Shown: piece after piece, positions 7,829 through 17,000 of the stretch
How positions within the stretch are numbered: the first letter of the stretch is position 1
Layout of the letters: each line of letters opens with the position of its first letter
Virus record (IMG/VR): IMGVR_UViG_2700988868_000001
Span: 1-64,000 of that record
DNA from: a virus
Taxonomy: Duplodnaviria > Caudoviricetes
DNA: 64,000 nt
Strand: one strand, 5' to 3'
The notes under the pieces: generated by a model
Database searches by the model: none
Told to the model about the DNA's origin: nothing
Seen by the model: the letters and a program-made list of their open reading frames with translations, nothing else
Made by a program: the position numbers and the translations under genes

Positions 7829-8821
7829 ATGATCTATCAAATCGCATATAACGCAAAGCTGAGCATCGTTCGTGTTCAAGCTGACGGTGCTGCCCCCGGC
7901 ACCGATTTCGTCGTACTGGACAAGTTCAACCACCCGGACCCGGACACGCTCGGTCCCTTCGCCATATCGCACGCCATGTACTCTCACGTTCAGGACGTGA
8001 TGTACCGTAAGGCTGCGATTCAGGACATGCAACGCTTGTCCATCGAATGGCCTGCCTATGTGGCCCCCACCAGCCTAACGGTAACGCCGGACACTCTGGC
8101 CATCGCAGCGGGTACGGAAGGTAAGCTGGTTGTCACCAGTGCCCCTGCTGACATCAGCGATCCGCGCTTCCTGTTCATTTTCGTCGGTAGCGAAAAAGTG
8201 ATGAAAATCAATCCTGGAACGGGACAATGGGCTGCTGTTGGTCCCGGTAAGGGAGTTGTTCGCGTATATCACGTAAGCGGCACACTCTACAAGGATGTTT
8301 CTGTAGAGGTGGAGCAGGCTGGCGTGGTTCCCGCCACGGCTGTTGCTGTTGCTCCGGCAACTGCCAACGTCAACGTCGGTGCCGCGGTTCAACTGGCAGC
8401 GAACAAGACCCCGGCCAACTCCACGGATACGGTGTACTGGTCCGCCCAGAACGCCAATGCCACCGTGGATGCCTTCGGCAAGGTCACGGGCAAGGCTGTC
8501 GGTACGTGCGTCATCTCGGCCAAGACGGACTCCGGCAAGATCGGCACAGCTACCATCACGGTGAATCAACCCGTTGCCTCAGTGTCCATGACTCCGGTCA
8601 ACCCGACTGTTGCCGTGGGTGCCACACAGCAAATGACGGCTACCGTTCTGCCCGCCAACGCCAGCAACAAGGCTGTCACCTACACGTCCGCCACTCCGGC
8701 TGTCGCTACCGTGTCCGCCACTGGTCTGGTCACGGGTGTCGCTGCTGGCACCACGGTGATCACGGTCAAGACGACCGACGGCAACAAGACCGCTACGCAG
8801 ACCGTTACGGTTCCGGCGTAA
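7829..8821 (+). CDS. Capsid decoration protein (N4 gp17-like) with Ig-like Big_2 domains
   Basis: Repeats such as ATVLPANASNKAVTYTS..P.VATVS.TGLVTGV..G...ITVKT.DG; position after RNAP II. Confidence 0.85.
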   Translation: MIYQIAYNAKLSIVRVQADGAAPGTDFVVLDKFNHPDPDTLGPFAISHAMYSHVQDVMYRKAAIQDMQRLSIEWPAYVAPTSLTVTPDTLAIAAGTEGKLVVTSAPADISDPRFLFIFVGSEKVMKINPGTGQWAAVGPGKGVVRVYHVSGTLYKDVSVEVEQAGVVPATAVAVAPATANVNVGAAVQLAANKTPANSTDTVYWSAQNANATVDAFGKVTGKAVGTCVISAKTDSGKIGTATITVNQPVASVSMTPVNPTVAVGATQQMTATVLPANASNKAVTYTSATPAVATVSATGLVTGVAAGTTVITVKTTDGNKTATQTVTVPA

Positions 8822-8860
8822 GTCGTTTTGTGGGGTGAAAATCCCCATAAGACAAACCTC

Positions 8861-8885
8861 AAGCCCCTCTCCGGAGGGGCTTTTT
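8861..8885 (+). terminator. Intrinsic terminator
   Basis: AAGCCCCTC-TCCG-GAGGGGCTTTTT. Confidence 0.85.
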
Positions 8886-8897
8886 GCATCTGGAGAG

Positions 8898-9113
8898 ATG
8901 ATGATCGCTGACGAACGTACTCAGCGGAATATCGAGTCCTGCATCAAGAAGGTGCTCGAAGCTAACGGCGGATGGGTCTACATGGCCCGAGCCAAGCATT
9001 CCAAGAACGTCCGCGATTACATCGTGGATACCGCAGTTGCAACCATGGGCCTGATGGGCCTGAACATTGAAGTGGATGGCTATCACAAATGCCGTCTGCG
9101 AATCAAACCCTGA
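8898..9113 (+). CDS. Hypothetical protein
   Basis: GGAG RBS before ATG. Confidence 0.65.
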   Translation: MMIADERTQRNIESCIKKVLEANGGWVYMARAKHSKNVRDYIVDTAVATMGLMGLNIEVDGYHKCRLRIKP

Positions 9114-9128
9114 ACCAAAGGAACCAAG

Positions 9129-9899
9129 ATGAACAACGTCTCCCTGACCATGGGCTACAACAAGCAGCGTCTGTACCGCAACATCCTGGTCGATCTCGGC
9201 CTGGAGAGCGTGGAAGCTCGTTACCAAAGCGACCACAAGACCTACCAGTTCGACCCGAAGCAGTTCGTTGCCTTCGTGGATCGTGCACTGCGTGACACCG
9301 AAGCCGTGTTCTCCCTGCGCTCCATGGGCTTCCGCCTCGTGAACACGGTGCAGGAACCGACGCAGCAGGAATTGGACCTGAACCAGATGAAGGAAATGTC
9401 CCGCACCGACCCGGACCAGTTCCTGTCCGAACTGATCGGCGGCATCCTGGGCGTGCCGGTACTCGTCGTCAAGGGCGAAGAAACCTGCGATTGCCCCGGC
9501 TGCACCCAAGGCATGTCCTTGGCTGAAGCCCTGCGTGCCAACTACCGTGAGACCGGTACGGTGCTGGGCAACGTCGAAACCAAGACGGAAGCTATCCTGA
9601 AAAGCGCCGCCTACAAGAACCAGAACAAGCCTTCGGACTCCGAGCTGGCCGACATGCATGAAAAGGCACTGGCCTGGGATGCGAAGATCACCGCTGCCAC
9701 CGAGCAGGCACTTGACTTCTTCTACCAGCAGCTGCGTCCGGCGTCGGCCTGGGCCTGCTGGTCGTATCTGGAAAAGTGGAAAGGTCATCCGGCTTGGCTG
9801 GACTTCCGGCCCAAGAAGGAATACGCCGAAATCCCGGTGAAGGTTCTCTTCACCATGGCTCAACGCCTCCGTGCACAGATCATGGACATGAACCCCTGA
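9129..9899 (+). CDS. Hypothetical protein
   Basis: Long ORF, AAGGA RBS, strong codon bias, CxCxxC motif. Confidence 0.8.
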   Translation: MNNVSLTMGYNKQRLYRNILVDLGLESVEARYQSDHKTYQFDPKQFVAFVDRALRDTEAVFSLRSMGFRLVNTVQEPTQQELDLNQMKEMSRTDPDQFLSELIGGILGVPVLVVKGEETCDCPGCTQGMSLAEALRANYRETGTVLGNVETKTEAILKSAAYKNQNKPSDSELADMHEKALAWDAKITAATEQALDFFYQQLRPASAWACWSYLEKWKGHPAWLDFRPKKEYAEIPVKVLFTMAQRLRAQIMDMNP

Positions 9900-9900
9900 C

Positions 9901-10245
9901 ATGCAGAAAGAACGCCGTATCTCCATTATCAAGAAGATCGAAAGTCGGTGCGACATTCTCCACACCGGCTACGAGATTCAAGGTAAACCCAGCCCCTGCC
10001 ACTTGTGGACGGGACCGGACTCGGGTAACGGCCGAGGTGGTGGATACGGCAGGATGAGTTTGGATGGCCACACTGTGGCCGTTCATCTCGTCGCCTTCAC
10101 GCACTACTACGGTTTCATTCCCGGCAACAAACAAGTGGATCACCTGTGCAACCAGAGAAAGTGCTGCAACCCGCAGCACCTGGAACTGGTGTCCCACATC
10201 ACCAACCAAAGGCGGCGTGCCGCCAGAGCCAAAGGAAAGACATGA
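9901..10245 (+). CDS. HNH endonuclease family protein (N4 gp22-like)
   Basis: CHLWTG..GYG, VDHLCNQRKCCNPQHLELV....N. Confidence 0.85.
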   Translation: MQKERRISIIKKIESRCDILHTGYEIQGKPSPCHLWTGPDSGNGRGGGYGRMSLDGHTVAVHLVAFTHYYGFIPGNKQVDHLCNQRKCCNPQHLELVSHITNQRRRAARAKGKT

Positions 10246-10940
10246 ACACTTCTAAGCTAAAGCCTTGTCCATTTTGTGGTGGTGAAGCCTTTTCCACTTA
10301 CAAAACAGGTGATGATGATATCTGCCGTCATTCAGTTCACTGCCACAATCGCTGTGGTGCACAAACAGGAAGTAGTCTTCGGACTCACTACAGTGAAGAA
10401 GATGCTGTAAACGCATGGAATATGCGTGCTCCTGTAGCCGATGAATCACCAATGGCGAAGATGGCCGACGCACTGCGGGAGAAAGCCCGTCAAGAGCAGC
10501 AGGCTTACCAAGACAGCCGCGTCCAAAGTACGGAATGGGGGCCGATGCCGCATGGAACGGAAGCTGATCTTCCTGCAAGCGCCCCTGTAGCCGTACTGTC
10601 GGACGAGGACATTCGGGAAGTGTTCCTGGCGCACGGCTTCACCGTGAAGGAAGGGCAGACCGATTTGAAACCCTACGTCTATGTAGCCGCCCGCGCACTG
10701 CTGGCTCAATATGCCGCACCGCAGGCCAGCGAGGCGGTACGCGATGAAAAACAACAGCATGCTCGTGCATTACGTGTGCTTGGTGGTATGTCCAACACGG
10801 CATACATGAACATTTTGCACGATCTCAAATTCCAAGATCGAAGCCTTTCTAAAGAAGAATTCGATGCCTTTGCTGACAAGCTGGCTGATCTTTTTGATCT
10901 GCCTCCTGCTCAAGCAGAACAGGAATCCTTTGGTCGATAG
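10242..10940 (+). CDS. Lar-like (restriction alleviation) zinc-finger domain protein, mosaic
   Basis: LKPCPFCGG...C..RCGA...AVNAWN.R N-terminal domain. Confidence 0.75.
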   Translation: MNTSKLKPCPFCGGEAFSTYKTGDDDICRHSVHCHNRCGAQTGSSLRTHYSEEDAVNAWNMRAPVADESPMAKMADALREKARQEQQAYQDSRVQSTEWGPMPHGTEADLPASAPVAVLSDEDIREVFLAHGFTVKEGQTDLKPYVYVAARALLAQYAAPQASEAVRDEKQQHARALRVLGGMSNTAYMNILHDLKFQDRSLSKEEFDAFADKLADLFDLPPAQAEQESFGR

Positions 10941-11034
10941 TTCCGGTCCATGCCTTGGTTCCAAGGCATTGGCAGGCGCTTTTGCCTGAATAACCGCCGT
11001 CGGTCGGATACCGATACCCATGAGGAAACTCAAC

Positions 11035-11949
11035 ATGAAAGCAACTCGTATTCTCTCGATGGCGGCAGCACTGGCTTTGGCCCTGTCTGCCAGTTACGCC
11101 CAAGCTGCTCCCGGCAATAACGGTGGCGGTAATGGCGGCTGTGGCAGTGGCCAACAGACCAATGGCTGCGGTGGTGGAACTACCTCTCCGGGCAACAACA
11201 CCGCCTATGGTGGTGCTGGCGGTGCCGGTGGCAACGGCACTGGTGTCGGCATCGGTATTGGCCAAGGTGGCCAAGGTGGTGCTGGTGGCAAGGGTGGTTC
11301 GGTCACTGGTTCGGGCAATTCGTCCAACCTGAACAACAACTCCAACAAGCAGAACCAAGGACAGGCACAGGGCCAGATTCAAGGCCAGGGCCAATCCCAA
11401 GTCAGCAAGAACAGCAACCGCAACTCGAACAACAATGCCAACCTGAACCGCAACGACAATCGCTCGTCTGCGAATTCGTCGGCAAACAATGCCAACAGCA
11501 ACACGAACGAAGGCAACAACTCGTCCCAGTCCGTCACCGTCCAAGGTGACAGCTACGAAGCCTATCGCATCCCGGTGGCTACGGCTTACGCTCCGAATAT
11601 CGCTCCCACGGCAGTCTGCATGGGTTCGTCTTCGGGTGGTGTGCAAACGCAAATCGTCGGCGTGTCTCTCGGTACTTCCTGGACCGATGACAACTGCATG
11701 CTGTTGGAACAAGTCCGTACCGTGTCGGCTGTACTCGGTGATCGTGAAACCGTTGCTGAAATGATGTGTGACGTTGCTGCATATGCGGCTGCTCGTGAAC
11801 GTGCTGGTAAGCCTTGTGGCAATGCTGTGAAGACTGCCCAAGCTTCGACTACGACTGCTGCGGTATCGCAGCCTGTGTCGCGTTCTTCGCGTTATGAAGG
11901 CAACGATCCCATCGTTCGCAAGCGTCTGGGTCTGCCGCCGTTGAACTAA
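11035..11949 (+). CDS. Exported Gly/Asn/Gln-rich low-complexity protein
   Basis: Signal peptide MKATRILSMAAALALALSASYAQA; G/N/Q tracts; Cys-containing C-terminal domain; GAGGA RBS. Confidence 0.8.
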   Translation: MKATRILSMAAALALALSASYAQAAPGNNGGGNGGCGSGQQTNGCGGGTTSPGNNTAYGGAGGAGGNGTGVGIGIGQGGQGGAGGKGGSVTGSGNSSNLNNNSNKQNQGQAQGQIQGQGQSQVSKNSNRNSNNNANLNRNDNRSSANSSANNANSNTNEGNNSSQSVTVQGDSYEAYRIPVATAYAPNIAPTAVCMGSSSGGVQTQIVGVSLGTSWTDDNCMLLEQVRTVSAVLGDRETVAEMMCDVAAYAAARERAGKPCGNAVKTAQASTTTAAVSQPVSRSSRYEGNDPIVRKRLGLPPLN

Positions 11950-11969
11950 ACGGTATTCGCTATAAAACC

Positions 11970-12000
11970 AAAGCCGTATGGAGACATACGGCTTTTTCTC
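11970..12000 (+). terminator. Intrinsic terminator
   Basis: AAAGCCGTATG-GAGA-CATACGGCTTTTT. Confidence 0.85.
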
Positions 12001-12013
12001 TTCTGGAACCAAA

Positions 12014-12373
12014 ATGAGCAATCACAACGACAAGCGCAGTCCCAGCACTGATGCCCTGGAAACCCTGGGCATGATTCACTTCAAGCCTGAGCATCGTGAC
12101 GCCATTCATTTGGCTGTCGATGCTGTTATGGCCAGTACCCAATTGGAAATCGGCCAAAGCATCGGCATTATCAATGGCATCGCCTACCCCTCGGGTATCG
12201 GACGTGCAGCCATTGATGGTGAAGTTGGTGTGGTTCCTTACCATGGCATCGTCGATCCTTTCCTGCCCCGTGGGCCGAAGGAAGGCGAGAAGTTCTGGTT
12301 CGTGATGGCTCCCCGTATGGTGCGCAGCCTGCGCCATGTCTGGGAACACCCCGACTTCCCTGAAGGAACCTGA
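12014..12373 (+). CDS. Hypothetical conserved phage protein
   Basis: RDAIHLAV...GIVDPFL...SLRHVWEHPDF. Confidence 0.75.
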   Translation: MSNHNDKRSPSTDALETLGMIHFKPEHRDAIHLAVDAVMASTQLEIGQSIGIINGIAYPSGIGRAAIDGEVGVVPYHGIVDPFLPRGPKEGEKFWFVMAPRMVRSLRHVWEHPDFPEGT

Positions 12374-12375
12374 CC

Positions 12376-12723
12376 ATGTGGCATGACCAATATCCCCGAA
12401 GCGAGCATCAAGCTCGCGTGCTGTTGGGTGATCCCGTGGCCTTGGCCTACGAATGGATCAGCCGCTATGCGGAGAACCTGACGGTACAAGTTCAGAAGTA
12501 CAACGAAGATGATGAGTACGGCAACAATGAGGACATCACTGCTGATGACCTCATCAGTACCGCTGACTCCCATCAAGGTGATCGTTGGGGCGACTACATT
12601 TCCCGTGGCGGCACCTTTGAAGGTGAATCGGTTGATCCCACCTTCTGGAAACACTACGCCACCATCAAGGGTCTGGAAGTCGAAGACGTGGTTCAGAGCA
12701 GCTTCTTCTCCTGCTACTGCTGA
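12376..12723 (+). CDS. Hypothetical protein
   Basis: AAGGA RBS; ends FFSCYC. Confidence 0.75.
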   Translation: MWHDQYPRSEHQARVLLGDPVALAYEWISRYAENLTVQVQKYNEDDEYGNNEDITADDLISTADSHQGDRWGDYISRGGTFEGESVDPTFWKHYATIKGLEVEDVVQSSFFSCYC

Positions 12724-12728
12724 TCATC

Positions 12729-13034
12729 ATGGACCACATCATTCCTCCCATAACAGCTGAACTGGGCAAGATGTGGGCCCAACCCAATCGAGAAGAAATT
12801 CTGATTGGGGAGGACACCGCCGTCATGACCGAAGTTCAGTTCTATTACCTGCTGGACTACAGCAACTCCGTCCCCAGTGGTGTGTACCCCGGCAAAATGT
12901 GGCGGAGTCAACACCCCAATGGTGATTGGTATTTGTGTTGGTTTGGTGTTGTACCCGGTGATGACACTGTGTGCAGCAACAACCACAGAAAGATCATCAT
13001 TCAAGACTGGAAAGGACTCATGGGAGTGAAATGA
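12729..13034 (+). CDS. Hypothetical conserved phage protein
   Basis: W.QP...YS.S.PSGVYPGKMWR motif. Confidence 0.75.
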   Translation: MDHIIPPITAELGKMWAQPNREEILIGEDTAVMTEVQFYYLLDYSNSVPSGVYPGKMWRSQHPNGDWYLCWFGVVPGDDTVCSNNHRKIIIQDWKGLMGVK

Positions 13035-13294
13035 AAGCCATCTCTGAACCTAAGCAGGTGACTCGCACGAACGCCAATGGTCGTGACCAGACCTTCACCG
13101 AACAGTACTTCAGGGTCGAGGAAAGTGATGTTGGAAAGTTCAAGCATCACTACCTCGGCTACAACCACCGCAGTCACCGCTTTCTTGAAGAAGAAGTGGG
13201 CTGCTCAGTAGTTGTCCAGTCCGACGGAAAGGGCTGGACCTGCTGGTATTTCGGACTTAACTGGGAGAGCGAAGAATGCCGAAAGCTGCATTGA
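13031..13294 (+). CDS. Hypothetical protein
   Basis: GGAG RBS, ATGA overlap. Confidence 0.65.
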   Translation: MKAISEPKQVTRTNANGRDQTFTEQYFRVEESDVGKFKHHYLGYNHRSHRFLEEEVGCSVVVQSDGKGWTCWYFGLNWESEECRKLH

Positions 13295-13707
13295 AAGTGG
13301 GTGGCTGGCATGCCCCCACGCAAGAACAGAAACCGATTCACCCCGGCTGGTACGAAAGCACCACCTGGGACCCTCACCGCAAGTATGGCTTCATGCCGCC
13401 TCCGATCCGTACCTTCTGGGACGGCAAGCAGTGGCTGTGGAGTCCCCTCGGGGAAGTCTGCAAGTTCCAGAAGCGTTCCTGGCGTGGCACCACGAATCGT
13501 GAGGCACTGCCCACGACGATGACTGCCAGCAAGAACGGCAACATCGAACTGGTTCGCGTGGTTGACCGTGATGACAAGAACGGCACCCTCGCTTACTGCG
13601 TCTTCGACAACAAGCGTCTGCGCTACCTGTTCCCGAGCAACAAGCTCGTGAAGGAAGTCCGTACTTCCAAGGAAGGCGAAGACTTCATCAAAGGACGTAT
13701 CAAGTGA
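13276..13707 (+). CDS. Hypothetical protein
   Basis: GGAG RBS; KP.HPGWYE...WDGKQW motif. Confidence 0.7.
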   Translation: MPKAALKVGGWHAPTQEQKPIHPGWYESTTWDPHRKYGFMPPPIRTFWDGKQWLWSPLGEVCKFQKRSWRGTTNREALPTTMTASKNGNIELVRVVDRDDKNGTLAYCVFDNKRLRYLFPSNKLVKEVRTSKEGEDFIKGRIK

Positions 13708-13889
13708 ACTCCGCACAACTCCAGATCGAACTGCAACAGGCGATGAACCAGCTCAGCAAGAAGCTGCGTTCGGGGGCTACCTCCGAAGACGCCTACTTGG
13801 CTGCGTCCACTGTTGCGGATGTGGCCCGCAAGCTGAAGAACGCCGTCGGCGCTGAAGTGGTCGCCTATCAACAGGCCATGAAACGCTAA
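13704..13889 (+). CDS. Hypothetical protein
   Basis: GTGA overlap, AAGGA RBS. Confidence 0.6.
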   Translation: MNSAQLQIELQQAMNQLSKKLRSGATSEDAYLAASTVADVARKLKNAVGAEVVAYQQAMKR

Positions 13890-14092
13890 TGCAGTACGTC
13901 AATCATTCAACCCAAGCGCTGTATCGCAAACTCCGAAAGGAGGGTGCGACAGCCCCTTCTGCCGTCGAGACGATCAAGCTTCTGCTGAATGAATCGCCGG
14001 AAACCCCCGAGCCTCCCATGGCCCATTGGGAAGTTTCGTCTGGCCCTGAAAAGGCCAAGCTTCCCTACTACCACGGCAACTGCCGCTTTTGA
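13889..14092 (+). CDS. Hypothetical protein
   Basis: TAATG coupling. Confidence 0.55.
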   Translation: MQYVNHSTQALYRKLRKEGATAPSAVETIKLLLNESPETPEPPMAHWEVSSGPEKAKLPYYHGNCRF

Positions 14093-14107
14093 ACCAAGGA
14101 AACCCCA

Positions 14108-15145
14108 ATGAATTATAAGACCGCTACCTCGCGTCAGGTGCGTTCCATGATCGAACGTGCGGTGTCGTCGGGCCTCGTGCTCATGATCACCAGCAGCCCT
14201 GGCATGGGAAAGTCCGCACTCGTTCGCAGTGTGGCTGACGAGTACCGTCTTCAGGTCATCGATCATCGCCTGTCCACTTCCGCCCCGGAAGACTTGACCG
14301 GCCTGCCGTTCCGTCGTGCCGATGGCCGTGCTGAATTCGCTCCCTTCGGCGACCTGTTCCCGTTGGAAGGCGATCCGCTGCCCGAAGGCAAGGACGGCTG
14401 GATTCTGTTCCTGGACGAACTGAACTCCGCTTCCAAGTCGGTCATGGCCGCAGCCTACAAGCTGATCCTGGATCGCATGGTCGGCCAGCACAAGCTGCAC
14501 CCCAAGGTCGCCATCGTTGCCGCAGGCAACAAGATGACCGACCGGGCCATCGTCAACAACATGGGTACTGCGTTGCAGTCCCGTATCGTCCACGTCGAAC
14601 TCGAACTGAACCACAAGGTCTGGCTCGAAGACGTGGCCCTGCCCCAAGCCTGGGACAGCCGTGTCGTCGCCTATCTGGGTACGTATCCGTCCAAGCTGTC
14701 GGACTTCGACCCCGAGCACAAGGACCGCACGTTCTGCTGCCCCCGCACCTGGGACATGGTGAACAAGTACCTGAAGACCCGTGAAGGCAAGCTGGACGAT
14801 GTGGATCGCATCTTCATCTCCGGCACCATCTCGGCTGAAGAAGGCGTCAGCTTCGTGCAGTACTGCAAGGTCTTCGACACGATGGTGAAGGTCTCCGACA
14901 TCATCGCCAAGCCGGAAACCGCACCGCTGCCTGCCGACAACCCCACGTTGTGGGCTGTCACGATGGCACTGACCGAGGCCGTGAACAAGTCGAACTACGA
15001 CGAGATCATGACCTATGTCGAGCGCATGGACTTCGGCTTCCAACTGGTGTTCTCGCGTTCCGCGATGGCCACCAAGTCGGCCGAACTGCGTCACCTGCCC
15101 CGCTTCGCTGAAGCGGCCATCAAAGTCTCCAAGTATCTGGTGTAA
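14108..15145 (+). CDS. AAA+ (MoxR-like) ATPase, N4 gp24-like
   Basis: Walker A SSPGMGKS, Walker B ILFLDE, AAGN, PRTW. Confidence 0.9.
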   Translation: MNYKTATSRQVRSMIERAVSSGLVLMITSSPGMGKSALVRSVADEYRLQVIDHRLSTSAPEDLTGLPFRRADGRAEFAPFGDLFPLEGDPLPEGKDGWILFLDELNSASKSVMAAAYKLILDRMVGQHKLHPKVAIVAAGNKMTDRAIVNNMGTALQSRIVHVELELNHKVWLEDVALPQAWDSRVVAYLGTYPSKLSDFDPEHKDRTFCCPRTWDMVNKYLKTREGKLDDVDRIFISGTISAEEGVSFVQYCKVFDTMVKVSDIIAKPETAPLPADNPTLWAVTMALTEAVNKSNYDEIMTYVERMDFGFQLVFSRSAMATKSAELRHLPRFAEAAIKVSKYLV

Positions 15146-15148
15146 GCG

Positions 15149-15340
15149 ATGGGAAATCTCCAAGAAGCCATTACCCCTGTGAACAAGCGTATGGCCGGTG
15201 GCGTCCAATGGATCGCCGTCTTCGGTGAACGCAAGGCTGTCTTGTGGGGCAAGACGGAGAAGCAAGCTCTCCAAGCTGCCCACGAGTATTTCAAACCCAA
15301 GAAGGGTGAACGCGATCTCGTCGCTGTCGCCCTCATCTGA
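15149..15340 (+). CDS. Hypothetical protein
   Basis: Short ORF in operon packing. Confidence 0.55.
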   Translation: MGNLQEAITPVNKRMAGGVQWIAVFGERKAVLWGKTEKQALQAAHEYFKPKKGERDLVAVALI

Positions 15341-15353
15341 CAGAGAGGGACCA

Positions 15354-15722
15354 ATGACTGACTTCTGGTATCGCTACGAGGATTACCGAGAGGGAATCAC
15401 GAGCACGGATTACAACGGAGAAGTCGAGGTCATTGGTTCCCGTACTGTTCTCCGCTGCCGCAAGTTCGAGGTAGATCGCTATACGCCCAAGGGTGTGTGG
15501 CTCCGCCGTCCCTTCGATACGCAACGCTTTGTGTTGAACGAGGGACACAAGAAATACGCCCATGCGACCGAGGAAGAAGCTCTGCATTCTTTCTTGGCTC
15601 GCAAGCAACGTCATCTCAGCATCCTCAACAGCCAGTGTGATCACGTCACGCGGGCGATGATGCTGGCACAACAGAAATTGAACCAAGGAAAGACATGTCC
15701 GTCGATCTTACCCGTGAGCTAG
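15354..15722 (+). CDS. Hypothetical protein
   Basis: GAGG RBS; WYRYED...TPKGVWL...A..T.EEAL.SF.ARK. Confidence 0.7.
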   Translation: MTDFWYRYEDYREGITSTDYNGEVEVIGSRTVLRCRKFEVDRYTPKGVWLRRPFDTQRFVLNEGHKKYAHATEEEALHSFLARKQRHLSILNSQCDHVTRAMMLAQQKLNQGKTCPSILPVS

Positions 15723-16855
15723 ATCGTGCGAAGGCTAAAGCCTTCCTCGATAGCAACTCCGCATTTCTCGGTCCCATCCTGGTGGGGCTACGCTTCGCCT
15801 GGGACAAGACCGTGGAAACGGCTTGCACTGACGGTATCGACCTGAAGTGGAATCCCGATTGGTTCATTTCCCTTCAGCCTCCGGCCCGTGTCACCGTGCT
15901 CATGCACGAAATCTGGCACGTTGCCCGGCTGCACTTGATCCGTCGCAATGGCCGTGATCCGCTCTGGTGGAACTACGCCTGCGACATCTGGATCAACAAC
16001 CAGTTGGAGCGAGACAAGTTCTCCTTCAAGGGCATCGAGAACTGCTGGAAAGATCAGCAGTATCACGGCAAAACTGAAGAGGAAATCTACGCTGCCATCT
16101 ACGACCCTCAGTCGCCGCCCCCGCCTCCGGCGAGCGGCTCCTTCGGTGAAGACGGGGGAGCAGGCGACATGCAGGAATCCCCTGGTGGCGTCACGGATGC
16201 ACAGCGTGAAGAAATCCTCTCCACCGTGACCCAAGCAATGCACCAAGCTGGGATCAGTGGAAATCCTGGCTCCATGCCGGGTGATACCGAAAGGCTCATC
16301 ACCCAGTTCCTGAAACCTGTGGTGCCGTGGCAATCGCTGCTGCAACGCTTCTTCAACGACATGCAAGATGAAGACTACTCGTGGTCCCGTCCGAACCGCC
16401 GGTTCGATGACATCTATCTGCCTCATCGCTATCTCGATGATGGCAAGCTGGAGCATCTGGCCTATTACCTGGACGTGTCCGGCAGTATCACCCAACAGGA
16501 CTTGCTCCGCTTCAACTCCGAAGTGAAGCACGTCTGGGATCATTACCAACCCCAGAAGATGAGCCTCATTCAGTTCGACACACGCATCTCGCATGTGGAA
16601 GAAATCGAAGAAGGCCACCGTCTGGACGAGGTGAAGATCAAGGGTGGTGGTGGTACGTGCTTGAAGCCTGTGCGTGAGCACATCATCAAGAACCGCCCCA
16701 CTGCGGCCATCATCTTCAGCGATATGGAAGTGGCTCCGATGGAGAAGCTCCCCTTCGATATCCCCGTGATTTGGGTTGTTTTGGGGGGTCGATCCTACCA
16801 TAAACCCTCCTTCGGGGAGGTCATCATCATTCCTCAAGGGAGCGTACCGCTGTGA
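15695..16855 (+). CDS. Metallopeptidase-like plus VWA domain protein (DUF2201-like), N4 gp25-like
   Basis: HEIWH (HExxH), DVSGS MIDAS, GGGGT, FSD. Confidence 0.88.
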   Translation: MSVDLTRELDRAKAKAFLDSNSAFLGPILVGLRFAWDKTVETACTDGIDLKWNPDWFISLQPPARVTVLMHEIWHVARLHLIRRNGRDPLWWNYACDIWINNQLERDKFSFKGIENCWKDQQYHGKTEEEIYAAIYDPQSPPPPPASGSFGEDGGAGDMQESPGGVTDAQREEILSTVTQAMHQAGISGNPGSMPGDTERLITQFLKPVVPWQSLLQRFFNDMQDEDYSWSRPNRRFDDIYLPHRYLDDGKLEHLAYYLDVSGSITQQDLLRFNSEVKHVWDHYQPQKMSLIQFDTRISHVEEIEEGHRLDEVKIKGGGGTCLKPVREHIIKNRPTAAIIFSDMEVAPMEKLPFDIPVIWVVLGGRSYHKPSFGEVIIIPQGSVPL

Positions 16856-16998
16856 ACACTGTCGATGAAATCAAGAAGGCAATTCAGGATTACTTCGGTG
16901 ATACTGAACGCAGCCGTCAAGCAACCCGTGATGGGTTGGAAGACATTGCGAGCGAGGTCGATTGCTTGATCGACGCACTCCGTAGCGATACGGAGTAA
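16852..16998 (+). CDS. Hypothetical protein (48 aa, not in ORF track)
   Basis: GTG start overlapping the upstream stop; MNTVDEIKKAIQDYFGDT... Confidence 0.55.
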   Translation: MNTVDEIKKAIQDYFGDTERSRQATRDGLEDIASEVDCLIDALRSDTE

Positions 16999-17000
16999 CC

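Noticed and set aside
11100-11530. Repetitive GGT/AAC-rich DNA as a tandem repeat or array
   Set aside because: Explained by low-complexity coding sequence
14108-16855. AAA+ ATPase plus HExxH/VWA pair as a novel system
   Set aside because: Well-known conserved pair in N4-like phages (gp24/gp25)
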